Source of the DNA: an uncultured delta proteobacterium | Lineage (GTDB): Bacteria; Desulfobacterota; Binatia; Binatales; Binataceae | Length of the DNA stretch: 64,000 bases | Assembly (NCBI GenBank): GCA_963842215.1 | Contig: CAWJFQ010000001.1 | Location: 1,030,156-1,094,155 of the forward strand | Reading direction: 5' to 3' | In this document: positions 50,195 through 60,107 of the stretch, piece by piece | Layout of the letters: each line of letters begins with the position of its first letter | Numbering within the stretch: position 1 is the stretch's first letter | The notes under the pieces: generated by a model | Told to the model about the DNA's origin: nothing | Seen by the model: only the letters and a program-made list of their open reading frames with translations | The model's database searches: none | Program-made: the position numbers and the translations under genes

Positions 50195-51079
50195 GTGGCT
50201 GCTCTCCCCAAACCTTCGTGGTTCAACCCTTCAAACCCGATTCGGACTGTTAGACCGGCCACGGTTAGCCCGGTTAAAAAGCCACAAATACTTGAATTTT
50301 CAGGAGTTTTTCGTGGTCACGAACTCACTCGCAAGGATCGCCGCCTAAGCTCCGGCCTTGCCTCGATCGACACACTTATTGACGGCGGAATTCCGCGTGG
50401 GCGAATAAGCGAAATCACTGGACGAGCCGGTTCGGGCAAGACTTCGATTGCCGCATCATTCGCCGCCTTCGCTACCCGCCGCGGCGAGGTCGCCGCATGG
50501 CTCGACGCCTCAGGCGCTTTCGATCCTGAGAGCATGGCGGCCGCGGGCGTAGAGCTGCGCCGGATGTTGTGGGCGTCGATGACGACGGCGTCGCGGATTG
50601 CGCGCGCGTCTACCTACGCCCGCTTCGCAACCGGCCCGTGCACGCATAAACAATCGGCGATTGTCAAAGCTGCGGAACTCGTGCTCGAGGCGGGGGGCTT
50701 CGGCCTGGTCGTCGTCGATTTCGGTGAGGCGCCGCGCGCACTCGCGCACGCATCTGCCCTGCGAATTGCACGCGCGGCCGAGCGCAGCGGCACAGCCGTG
50801 ATCGCGATCGCACCGTGGCGGATGTGCGGGACGTTCGCGGCGCTTAGCCTGACTGCGAGCCGCGCCGAAATGTCGTTCAGCCGGCTCGCTCCTGGCTCAC
50901 CGGTAATGTTCGACGGACTCGCGGTGGATGCGATGGTCGCGCGAAACAAGATGGGCGGGACCGGGCGGCGTGTTCGCGTTCGCGCGCTGGTCGATCCAAT
51001 TCCAAATCCATTCGACTTGCATCCGCATCCCGACTGCGCGGGCAAGGAATCGCCGGTTCGAATTTCCGCAAGCAGCTAG
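50195..51079 (+). CDS. imuA: ImuA (RecA/SulA-like protein of the imuA-imuB-dnaE2 mutagenesis cassette)
   Basis: SSGLASIDTLIDGGIPRGRISEITGRAGSGKTSIA (degenerate RecA-fold P-loop). Positioned directly before imuB. Confidence 0.7.
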   Translation: MAALPKPSWFNPSNPIRTVRPATVSPVKKPQILEFSGVFRGHELTRKDRRLSSGLASIDTLIDGGIPRGRISEITGRAGSGKTSIAASFAAFATRRGEVAAWLDASGAFDPESMAAAGVELRRMLWASMTTASRIARASTYARFATGPCTHKQSAIVKAAELVLEAGGFGLVVVDFGEAPRALAHASALRIARAAERSGTAVIAIAPWRMCGTFAALSLTASRAEMSFSRLAPGSPVMFDGLAVDAMVARNKMGGTGRRVRVRALVDPIPNPFDLHPHPDCAGKESPVRISASS

Positions 51080-51091
51080 CGCGGTGTCACG

Positions 51092-52825
51092 ATGGCTCGT
51101 ATCGCGTGCATCATGGTCGCCGATTTTTCTATTGCGGCGCTGGTGCGCTCGAACCCCGCGTTCGCCCGCAAGGTGCTGGCTATCGGCCGCAGCCTCGCGC
51201 CGCACGCCGAGCTCGATGCCGTTGCGCCGTGCGCGCGCGAACTTGGCATCCGTCCCGGGATGACGATCGCGCAGGCGCGAGCGATTTCCTCGGACCTGAT
51301 CGTCGTCCATCGCTCACCCGCCGCGGAAAGCTCGGCGCATTCCGCCCTGCTCGACGCAGTTGAATCCGTTTCGCCGGTGGTCGAATCGGGCGAGCCGGGA
51401 TGCGCGTGGATCGATCTCGCCGGCCTGCACCGCATCTACCACAACGAAGAAGAAATTACCGCCGAGCTCACGCGATGTGTGCGCCGAGTCGGGATGGAAC
51501 CCGCCGCCGGCGTCGCGGCCAACAAGGAACTCGCGCATCTAGCCGCGCGATGCGGCGGCGTGCGTGTGATCGAAGCCGGGCGCGAGCGCGAATTCCTGAA
51601 CTGGCTGCCGCTCGACATGCTCGGCCTGGGAAAATCGGATCGTGGCGACGACCTCGAGACCACGCTTGCCCGGTGGGGGATGCGCCGGCTCGGCGAGCTC
51701 GCGCGCCTCAATCCTGAGGCGGTCGGCACTCGGCTTGGCCGTCGCGGCGTCGAGCTGGTACGCCTCGCGCGCGGCGGCAGTCATGCGCCGCTGGTGCCGC
51801 GCCGCCGCGCCGAGTTTTTTGTCGAAACCGTCGAGCTTGAATACGGCATCGAGAATCTCGAGCCGCTGGGATTCGTCATGCGGGCGATGCTCGAGCGGCT
51901 CGCCGAGCGGCTTTCGCTTCGCGGCATGGTCGCCGGCGATATCACGCTCGCGTTTGGAATGAGCGGTCATCGCAGTTTCAATCGACGGATCGAGGTCGCG
52001 GCGCCGTCGAATGATGTTCGCGCGATTCTCACCCTCATCAACCTGAGCCTCGAGGCGGCGCCGCCCGAAGCCGCCATCGAATCGATTCGAATCGAGATTG
52101 CGCCGCGGGTCCCGCGTCCCGCCCAGACCGATATGTTCCTGCCGCCCTGTCCTGCGCCGGACAAGCTGCAGACCACGATCGCGCGGCTGGCGGCGCTATG
52201 CGGTCCCGGCAACGTCGGCACGCTCAGCGCCGAAAATTCATATCGGCCCGAAGCGATGCGGCTCGATCCATTCGCACCGCCCGCTCCGCCTCCGATACCC
52301 GAAAAAGCGGCCGCAAAGAATGTGACGCAGCTCGTGATTCGCGCGATTCGCCCGGCGCGCGAAATCGAGGTGATGTGCTCGCGGGAGATTCCAGAGTTTG
52401 TCCGCGGCGAGAATCTTGGCGCACGCGTCATCTCTATCGCCGGGCCGTGGCGACGCGATGGCGAATGGTGGCTGAGCTGCACTGTCGATGATCTTCAGCA
52501 CACGGATTTGTCCAATCAAAAAAATCCCGCACCGACGCGAGGTCTCGAGCTACATGACGGGCGTATGTTCGGAGCACATCCGCGCCAGGTATCAGCGGAA
52601 AATTTGAAGACGCTGTCCTCGCTCACGCCAACGCCGGCCTCGCTCAATCCTCATCTCAGTCTCAATGGCGCCTGCGGCAACAATTCGCGAGCGGCAATGA
52701 ACGGCGGAAATAAATGCGGCTTCATCCGCGATTACTACGAACTCGCGCTAGAAGACGGCGGCGTTTATCGCGTCTTCCGCGATGTGAACTCACACAAATG
52801 GTTCCTAGACGGCGCCTACGATTGA
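51092..52825 (+). CDS. imuB: ImuB (catalytically inactive Y-family polymerase-like protein)
   Basis: 577 aa. The N-terminal UmuC-like fold MARIACIMVADFSIAAL lacks the canonical acidic catalytic triad context. Typical ImuB length and position. Confidence 0.8.
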   Translation: MARIACIMVADFSIAALVRSNPAFARKVLAIGRSLAPHAELDAVAPCARELGIRPGMTIAQARAISSDLIVVHRSPAAESSAHSALLDAVESVSPVVESGEPGCAWIDLAGLHRIYHNEEEITAELTRCVRRVGMEPAAGVAANKELAHLAARCGGVRVIEAGREREFLNWLPLDMLGLGKSDRGDDLETTLARWGMRRLGELARLNPEAVGTRLGRRGVELVRLARGGSHAPLVPRRRAEFFVETVELEYGIENLEPLGFVMRAMLERLAERLSLRGMVAGDITLAFGMSGHRSFNRRIEVAAPSNDVRAILTLINLSLEAAPPEAAIESIRIEIAPRVPRPAQTDMFLPPCPAPDKLQTTIARLAALCGPGNVGTLSAENSYRPEAMRLDPFAPPAPPPIPEKAAAKNVTQLVIRAIRPAREIEVMCSREIPEFVRGENLGARVISIAGPWRRDGEWWLSCTVDDLQHTDLSNQKNPAPTRGLELHDGRMFGAHPRQVSAENLKTLSSLTPTPASLNPHLSLNGACGNNSRAAMNGGNKCGFIRDYYELALEDGGVYRVFRDVNSHKWFLDGAYD

Positions 52826-52863
52826 CAAAGAAATATGAGTATTGACGTTTGTATAGGCATTTG

Positions 52864-52877
52864 CCTACGCTAATTGA
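52864..52877. promoter_or_regulatory. candidate BrnA operator palindrome
   Basis: Perfect palindrome TAGGCA-TT-TGCCTA 16 bp upstream of the brnT start. A TTGACA hexamer lies at 52833-52838. Confidence 0.3.
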
Positions 52878-52892
52878 GTTAAATGAAGAAAG

Positions 52893-53204
52893 TCCCCTTT
52901 TCAGGATTTGCGTGGGACAACGACTAACTATTCGAAGTGTCAGAAACACGGCGTCTCGATCGCCGAAGTGGAGCATGTTCTTGCTCATGCGGCGACCCTG
53001 ATTGTGCCCGACCTGAAGAATTCGCGCGCGGAGTCGCGTTTCCTGGCGATCGGGCGAACGCAAGAAGGACGATACGCCTTCGTCGTTTTCACGCCGCGGC
53101 AAACTCGCGGTGGGATACTCTTGCGTCCCATAGGCGCCCGCTACATGCACCGGAAGGAGATTAGAAAATATGAACAAGAAATTGCCCGCGTTCAAAAACG
53201 ATAA
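52893..53204 (+). pseudogene. brnT: BrnT-family ribonuclease toxin with a 1-nt frameshift after codon 14
   Basis: MKKVPFSGFAWDND then a TAA stop in frame. The rest of BrnT (NYSKCQKHGVSIAEVEHVL…RFLAIGRTQEGRYAFVVFTPRQ…LRPIGARYMHRKEIRKYEQ) continues in the +1 frame. Confidence 0.65.
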
Positions 53205-53463
53205 GGAAGCTGAAAACTTCCTTGATCAGGATCTGTCCGACTACATCAGCGCCGAAAACTTCGCACCGTTTCAGTTCGAGTTCAGGCCAAAGCAAAAGTC
53301 GGTCAATCTTCGAATCTCCGAAGAACTCCTGAACGCGGTCCGTGCCGTCGCGCATCGCCGAGGCATCCCTTACCAGCGTTTCATTCGCCAAACCCTCGAG
53401 TCCGCGCTGGCGCCAAAAGAGCCTGGCTTTAGAAAGAAATCCGCGCGCCGCTCGGGCAAATGA
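53170..53463 (+). CDS. brnA: BrnA-like antitoxin (CopG/RHH family)
   Basis: 97 aa overlapping the toxin 3' end by 35 nt. C-terminal RHH-type region SVNLRISEELLNAVRAVAHRRGIPYQRFIRQTLESAL. Confidence 0.65.
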   Translation: MNKKLPAFKNDKEAENFLDQDLSDYISAENFAPFQFEFRPKQKSVNLRISEELLNAVRAVAHRRGIPYQRFIRQTLESALAPKEPGFRKKSARRSGK

Positions 53464-53477
53464 TCTGATCGATAGGC

Positions 53478-56400
53478 GTGATGTCCGTTTCTAGCGTCGC
53501 ATCGCCCATGAACTCCGACTACATCGAACTTCGCGCGCGCAGCGCGTTCAGCTTTCTCGAAGGCGCGACCACGCCCGAGGACCTCGCCGCACGCGCGGCG
53601 GAATTCGAATACAGCGCGATGGCGCTTGGCGATCGCGACGGAGTTTACGGCGCGCCGCGCTTTTACCTGGCTGCCAAGGCCGCGGGTATCCGGCAAATCG
53701 TCGGCGCTGAACTGACGCTGGACGACAACTCGCGCCTCTACGTTCTCGTCCCGGATCGCAAGTGTTACCGGAATCTCTGCCGCATGATCACCGACTCGAA
53801 AATGCGCGTCCTCAATACCGGCGCGCTCGCACGCGACGGCTCTGCCGCTGCACCCGTCTATCCGGCCAAGGGCGAGAGCCGCATTACGCTGGAGCAGCTT
53901 GAACTCTATGGCCACGGACTCATCTGCCTGGCCGGCGGCGTGATGAGCCCGCTATCGCGTATGCTCGTGCGCGGCGACGATCCGCGCGAAATGAGCCGGC
54001 GGCTCGGCGGGATTTTCGGCGCGGCAAATCTATACATTGATCTGCAGCGTCATCTCGACGCCGGCGAGGAACGCCTCAACCGCAAGCTCGGCGCACTGGC
54101 TAGTGCGATGCGAATCCCGATTGTCGCGAGCAACGACGTATGCCACGGCGGCTCGGATCGCAAATTGCTCGACGTGCTGACCTGCATTCGGCTCAAGACC
54201 ACGCTCGAAGAAGCCGGCCGTGCATTGTGGATCAACAGCCAGCGTCATCTTAAATCGCCAGCCGAGATGACCGCACTGTTTCGCGATATGCCCGGCGCTG
54301 TCGCCGCGTCGCGCGCGATTGCCGAGCGATGCGCTTTCCAGCTCTGCGACATGGGCTATCGGTTTCCTGACTATCCGATTCCACCGGGAGAAACGCCCGA
54401 CAGCTATTTGCGCATGCTCACTTACGCAGGTGCGAGAGACCGATGGCGCGGCGCAATCGACGATCGCACACGCCATCAGCTCGAACACGAGCTCGGAATC
54501 ATCGAGCGGCTCAAGCTCGCCGGCTACTTCCTCATCGTGTGGGACATCGTCCAGTTCTGCCGTGAGAATCGAATCATGGTGCAAGGACGCGGCTCCGCGG
54601 CTAACAGCGCAGTATGTTACGCGCTCGGAATCACCGCGGTGGACGCCGTCAAAATGGAGCTTCTGTTCGAGCGCTTTCTTTCCGAGGAGCGCGGCGAATG
54701 GCCCGACATCGATCTCGACCTGCCCAGCGGTGACGATCGCGAGCAGGCGATTCAATACGTCTATCGGCGCTACGGCGAACGCGGCGCCGCGATGACCGCG
54801 AACGTGATCACATATCGCACCAGGAGCGCGGTGCGTGAAGTCGGCAAGACCCTCGGCTTCTCGCCCGAACAGGTCGATCGGCTCGCCAAGCTCAACCAGG
54901 TGTACGAGTTTCGCGACCAGCACGACGATCTGGTGGCGCTACTCAAGCGCGGCGGTGTCGACGCGGAAGCGCCGCGCATCATGATGCTCGTCGACCTCGT
55001 GCGCAGGATTCAGAGTTTGCCGCGCCATCTCGGACAGCATAGCGGCGGCATGGTTATCGCCGCGCAGCCGCTCGATGAGATCGTCCCGCTCGAGCCCGCC
55101 TCAATGCCTGGCCGCGTGGTAATCCAATGGGACAAGGACGACTGTGCTGATCTCGGCCTCATCAAGATTGATCTGCTCGGACTTGGGATGCTGGCCGCGC
55201 TGAAAGAAGCACTTCCGATGATTCATGCGCACGAAGGCGTCGAGCTCGATCTCGCGCATCTTCCGCAAGACGATCCCGACGTGTACGCGATGCTTCGGCG
55301 CGCGGATACCGTCGGCGTTTTTCGATCGAGAGCCGCGCGCAGATGGCGACACTTCCGCGGATGAAGCCCGAACGATTTTACGACCTGGTGGTCGAGGTCG
55401 CTATAATTCGACCCGGTCCCATCGTCGGAAAAATGGTCCATCCTTATCTCGATCGCCGCAACCATCGCGCGCCCATCGAGTATCCGCATCCTTCGCTCGA
55501 GCCAATTCTCAAACGCACGCTCGGCGTTCCGCTCTTTCAGGAACAGTTGCTCCGCATGGCAATGACGGTCGCGGGATTCAGCGGCGGCGAGGCTGAGGAG
55601 CTGCGCCGCGCGATGGGATTCAAACGTTCCGCCGAGCGGATGGAAAAAATCGAAGCGCGACTGCGCGCCGGCATGTTGCGCAACGGCCTCCAGGGCAGTC
55701 TCGCCGACGACATCGTGCGTTCGATCACTTCCTTTGCGCTGTATGGCTTCCCCGAATCGCACGCCGCCAGCTTTGCCCTGATCGCGTATGCGTCGGCGTA
55801 CTTGAAGTATCATCATCCCGCCGCGTTCCTGGCCGCGATGCTGAATTGCTACCCGCTCGGCTTTTATCATCCTTCGACGCTGGTGAAAGACGCCGCCCGT
55901 CACGGCGTCACCGTCATGCCCGCCGACGTGACCCGCTCGAACTGGAAATGCACCCTTGAGATTGTCGATCGAAGGCCCGCGGTGCGCATGGGACTGCGAT
56001 ACGTCACCGGCTTGCGCGAGGAAGTCGGACTTCGAATCGAAAGCGAGCGTGCGCGGCGGCAGTTCGATTCGATCGCCGATTTTACCGCGCGCGTCGGACC
56101 CAATCGCCGCGAAATAGACGCCCTCGCCTACGCCGGCGCGTTCGCCGCTTTCGGCCTGGCGCGGCGTGACGCCATGTGGAATGCCGCCGCCGTCGAGCGC
56201 GATCCCACCAGCCTGCTCGCCGGCGCCAAGCCGCGCGACGGCGAGGTCCCCCTCGCATCGATGTCGCCGATCGATGAAACGCTGGCCGACTACGCCGCGA
56301 CCGGCCTTACCACCGGCCCTCATCTGATGACTTACCTCCGCGCCGATTTGACCGCGCGCGGAATTCTCAGTGCCGACCAGCTCACGCGCGGCAAACATCA

Positions 56401-56677
56401 GTCGTGGGTGAAGACCGCCGGCGTCGTCATCGTGCGCCAGCGCCCCGGCACCGCCAAGGGCTTCTTGTTCATCACGCTCGAGGACGAAACCGGGATTTCC
56501 AATCTGATCGTCACGCCCGACCTGTTTCAGAAAAACCGCCTGCTGCTGCGCAGCGCCGGAATCCTGATGGCCGAAGGCGTTTTGCAGAGAATTGACGGCG
56601 TCACCGCGATTCGGGCGCGCCGCTTCGAGGAGATTAAAATTCCCGGCGCGATACCGCCCTCGCACGATTTTCATTGA
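53478..56677 (+). CDS. dnaE2: error-prone DNA polymerase DnaE2 (apparent 1-nt frameshift near 55323)
   Basis: Two overlapping ORFs (628 aa and 444 aa) are collinear with the PHP, polymerase core and OB domains of DnaE2. The junction reads …ADTVGVFRSRAARRW in frame 1, but the conserved …[36 protein letters not shown] is only recovered by shifting frame. Confidence 0.8.
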
Positions 56678-56779
56678 AATCGATCGCGCGATTTCACACT
56701 TAGACCGATGCGGTGTTGTATGTATCAAGCAGCTGCGACGGATTCATCCGCGCGACGACGACCAACCACGGGAGGCAAC

Positions 56780-57634
56780 ATGAACCGCGACACTCAACGA
56801 GCCAAGGCCGAAGCTTTTCGGGCGATGCACGATCGCTCGCGAATTCTGGTCCTGCCGAACGCATGGGACGCGATGAGCGCCCGTGTCATCGAGCAAGCCG
56901 GCGCGCGCGCGATTGCCACCACCAGCGCCGGCGTCGCATTTTCAGTCGGCTATCCTGACGGCGAAGCGATTCCGCGCGACGAGATGATTTCCGCCGTTGC
57001 TCGCATCGCCCGCGTCGTGACGATTCCGGTCACCGCCGACATCGAGTCCGGCTTCGCACGCGACACCCGCGAACTCGCCGAAACCATTCGTCGCGTAATC
57101 GATGCCGGCGCCGTCGGCATCAATCTGGAAGACCAGGTCCACGCCGGCACTCCGTCGCTCTACGATTTGGATACCGCCGCACAGCGCGTGCGCGCCGCCC
57201 GCGACGCTGCCGACTCCGCCGGAGTTCCGCTGGTCATCAACGCGCGCACTGACGTCTATCTGCTCGCAATCGGCGAGCCTGACAGCCGCTTCGAGCATGC
57301 TATTCGTCGCGCGAACGCATATCGCAAGGCCGGTGCCGACTGCCTGTTCCTGCCGGCTGTTACCCGTCGCGCCGACATCGAGCGAATCGTGCCCGCCCTC
57401 GAAGGCCCGCTCAACCTGCTGGCGTTCCCTGGTCTTCCGGCCATCTCCGAGCTTGAACGCCTCGGCGTTGCGCGCCTGAGCGTCGGCACCAGGCTGGCTC
57501 TCAACGCCATGTCGGCCCTGGACAAAACTGCGCGGGAACTGGCGACTGCGGGCAGCTACGACGCGATGTTCGAGGGCGCCAGCACCAGCTTCGCCGACGC
57601 GAATCGCCTGATGGCGACTCGGAAAGCTCAGTAG
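56780..57634 (+). CDS. isocitrate lyase / PEP mutase family protein (2-methylisocitrate-lyase or carboxyvinyl-carboxyphosphonate phosphorylmutase-like)
   Basis: About 285 aa. LVLPNAWDAMSARVIEQAG…TTSAGVA and GINLEDQV motifs of the ICL/PEPM superfamily. Confidence 0.75.
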   Translation: MNRDTQRAKAEAFRAMHDRSRILVLPNAWDAMSARVIEQAGARAIATTSAGVAFSVGYPDGEAIPRDEMISAVARIARVVTIPVTADIESGFARDTRELAETIRRVIDAGAVGINLEDQVHAGTPSLYDLDTAAQRVRAARDAADSAGVPLVINARTDVYLLAIGEPDSRFEHAIRRANAYRKAGADCLFLPAVTRRADIERIVPALEGPLNLLAFPGLPAISELERLGVARLSVGTRLALNAMSALDKTARELATAGSYDAMFEGASTSFADANRLMATRKAQ

Positions 57635-57755
57635 CCTACAGCTCGCAAAGCCGCCATTTCTGCACATGCGTAACCGGTTTTTTCGGTTAACGTACATTAA
57701 GATTAGAGCGGAGCCTCCAACGAATGTGGCTCTCGACTCAATCAAGGAGTTGATT

Positions 57756-58313
57756 ATGGTTTCGAAGTTGTCTCGCGGTATCGTTCCCGTAGCAATGGCA
57801 ATTCTGCTGGTTGCGGCTGTCGCACATGTCGCTTCATCGAATTCCGGCGGTGGCGCCGGCCACATGGGGCATCATGGGTTCCGCCACGGCGGTGGCATGG
57901 ACATGCTTGGCGTCCCTCTTCCCCTCTTGCTCAGAACCGCCAATCTGACTGACTCGCAGAAACAGCAGATTCGCGCCATCTTTCAGGCCCGACGAGCTTC
58001 GCGAAAGGCTGAATTCCAGCAGCTCAAAGCCGCCAAGGAAGCAATCGCGGCCAAGTACACCTCGACCGGCACAGTAGCGGCCAGCGACCTATCCGGTTCG
58101 GTCGCGACCATCACGCAACTTCACGATCAGATGACGAACGAGCAGGTTCAGGACGCAATCGCGATCCGCAACGTGCTGACCTCGGCTCAGCTCGCGCAAA
58201 TTTCCGCGACCAAGGCCAAGCTTGACTCGATTCACGCCGAGATGAAGGCCCTGTGGGCCCAGAGCGGCAGCAGCCCCAGCGGCTCGCCGACAGATTCAAC
58301 TTCGAGCGATTAA
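57756..58313 (+). CDS. periplasmic LTXXQ-motif protein (Spy/CpxP/ZraP family) with His-rich metal-binding segment
   Basis: AAGGAG ribosome-binding site, signal peptide, then a His/Gly-rich stretch GHMGHHGFRHGGGMDM and two LTxxQ motifs (LTDSQKQQI, LTSAQLAQI). Confidence 0.6.
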   Translation: MVSKLSRGIVPVAMAILLVAAVAHVASSNSGGGAGHMGHHGFRHGGGMDMLGVPLPLLLRTANLTDSQKQQIRAIFQARRASRKAEFQQLKAAKEAIAAKYTSTGTVAASDLSGSVATITQLHDQMTNEQVQDAIAIRNVLTSAQLAQISATKAKLDSIHAEMKALWAQSGSSPSGSPTDSTSSD

Positions 58314-58392
58314 TAAGCGTTCGGTTCGGTAACCTCCCCACCCCGCCGGATGGAGTTGTGGCTCACAAGCTGCAACTCCGTCCGGCTTTTCT

Positions 58393-59193
58393 TTACTCAG
58401 GCATGAACGATGGACTGCCCGTCTTCGCCGTTTGTCCGCCGTCCGCGACGAACGCTGCGCCTGTAACAAATGACGCCAGGTCGGACGCGAGGAACAGCAC
58501 CACGCTCGCCATTTCATCGGGACGTCCCAACCGGCCCATCGGAATTGCTTCCTTCATCCGATCCGCGAATCCCGGCTGCGATAACGCCGGCGCTAGAAGT
58601 GGAGTGTCGATCGCGCCGGGACAGATGCAGTTGGCGCGAATTCCATACGGTGCATATTCGATCGCGACCGCGCGCGTCAGATTTATCACGCCGGCCTTGG
58701 CCGCGTTATACGCCGGAATTCCGTAGTCGGCCCGCAAGCCCGAAATCGACGCGGTGTTGACTATTGCGCCGCTCCCTTGCGCGCGCATCACCGGCAGCAC
58801 CCGCTTCATCGCGCGAAATACGGCGCTCAGTCCCACCTCTATCATATGATCCCACACCGCGTCGTTCACGTCCGCCGTGCGCCCCGCTACCTGCGTGCTG
58901 CTAAGCGCGGCAGGCATGCCAAATGCGTTGTTGTGCAGCACGTCGATACGCCCGAACGTGGAACTAGTCCGCGTGATCATCGCATCGATATCGGCCGCGC
59001 GCGTGACGTCGGCAACGATCGCGATCGACTTGCCGCCGGCGGCCGTGATCTCCGCCACCACTTTGTTCGCATTCTCCTCGTTGATATCGGCGACAGCGAC
59101 CGAACCGCCAAGTCGGGCAAAGCCAATCGCAGTAGCGCGCCCAATCCCGGAACCCGCCCCGGTGATCAACGCCGCCTTTCCATTGAATTGCAT
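58393..59193 (-). CDS. SDR-family oxidoreductase
   Basis: TGAGSGIGRA glycine motif, a NNAG motif, and a YxxxK catalytic region. Confidence 0.8.
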   Translation of the reverse strand: MQFNGKAALITGAGSGIGRATAIGFARLGGSVAVADINEENANKVVAEITAAGGKSIAIVADVTRAADIDAMITRTSSTFGRIDVLHNNAFGMPAALSSTQVAGRTADVNDAVWDHMIEVGLSAVFRAMKRVLPVMRAQGSGAIVNTASISGLRADYGIPAYNAAKAGVINLTRAVAIEYAPYGIRANCICPGAIDTPLLAPALSQPGFADRMKEAIPMGRLGRPDEMASVVLFLASDLASFVTGAAFVADGGQTAKTGSPSFMPE

Positions 59194-59342
59194 AGTAGTC
59201 ATCTCCCGCTCGGGCAGTAGCAAGCGCGCAAAGAATTGTAAAACAAAACCCTCGAACGAGGACGAAGTCCTGAATCCTCCGCACTAACCGCCTAACGCAA
59301 AAATGCGCTAGTCTCCATCGAAAGTTTTTGGGAGACGCGCTG

Positions 59343-60098
59343 ATGAGACTCAAAGGAAAAGTTGCGTTAATCACTGGCGGCGGCTCTGGAATGGGCCGTG
59401 CGGCCTCACTGCTGTTTGCCCGTGAAGGTGCAAAAGTCGCAGCTATCGACATAACCGAAGCCTCCGCCGCCGAGACCGCCCGGATGATCAAAGCCGCAGG
59501 CGGGGAGGCCATTTCTTTGCGCGCCGACGTGTCCGACTCGGAAGGCGCGCGCGCGATGGTCGAAGAGACTGTCCGCGCCTTCGGCGGACTCGACGTGCTT
59601 TATAACAACGCCGGAATTGAAGGCGAGTCCGGCTTCACCGCGCAGCTCAGCGAAGATGCGTTCGACCGCGTGATTGCCATTAACCTCCGCGGCGTGTGGC
59701 TCGGCATGAAGTACGGACTGCCGAAGATCGTCGAACGCGGTGGCGGCGCGGTAATCAACACCGCCTCGGTCGCGGGACTGGTCGGAGTAAAAGGCGCGTC
59801 CGCGTATTGCGCGGCCAAAGCCGGCGTGATTGCGATGACCCGGGTCGCCGCCCTCGAGTACGGCCGTTACAAAGTCCGCGTCAACTGCATCTGCCCCGGT
59901 GTCATTCAGACTCCCATGGTGGATCGGATCACCGGGCCCGACGGATTGCAGCCCAGGTTCATTCAGCGCAATTCGGTGCTCGGCCGCGTCGGCGCCGCTG
60001 ACGAAATCGCGCACACTGCTCTCTTCCTTGCCAGCGACGAAGCTCCCTTTGCCACCGGAGCGCCCTTTATCATCGACGGCGGATGGGTCGCCGGCTGA
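59343..60098 (+). CDS. SDR-family oxidoreductase
   Basis: ITGGGSGMGRA, NNAG, and SAYCAAKAG (YxxxK). Confidence 0.8.
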   Translation: MRLKGKVALITGGGSGMGRAASLLFAREGAKVAAIDITEASAAETARMIKAAGGEAISLRADVSDSEGARAMVEETVRAFGGLDVLYNNAGIEGESGFTAQLSEDAFDRVIAINLRGVWLGMKYGLPKIVERGGGAVINTASVAGLVGVKGASAYCAAKAGVIAMTRVAALEYGRYKVRVNCICPGVIQTPMVDRITGPDGLQPRFIQRNSVLGRVGAADEIAHTALFLASDEAPFATGAPFIIDGGWVAG

Positions 60099-60107
60099 GA
60101 TAGCGCG

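Noticed and set aside
51040-51075. GGTTCGAAT T-loop-like motif suggesting a tRNA
   Set aside because: The flanks do not form a T-stem or acceptor stem, and it lies inside the imuA coding region.
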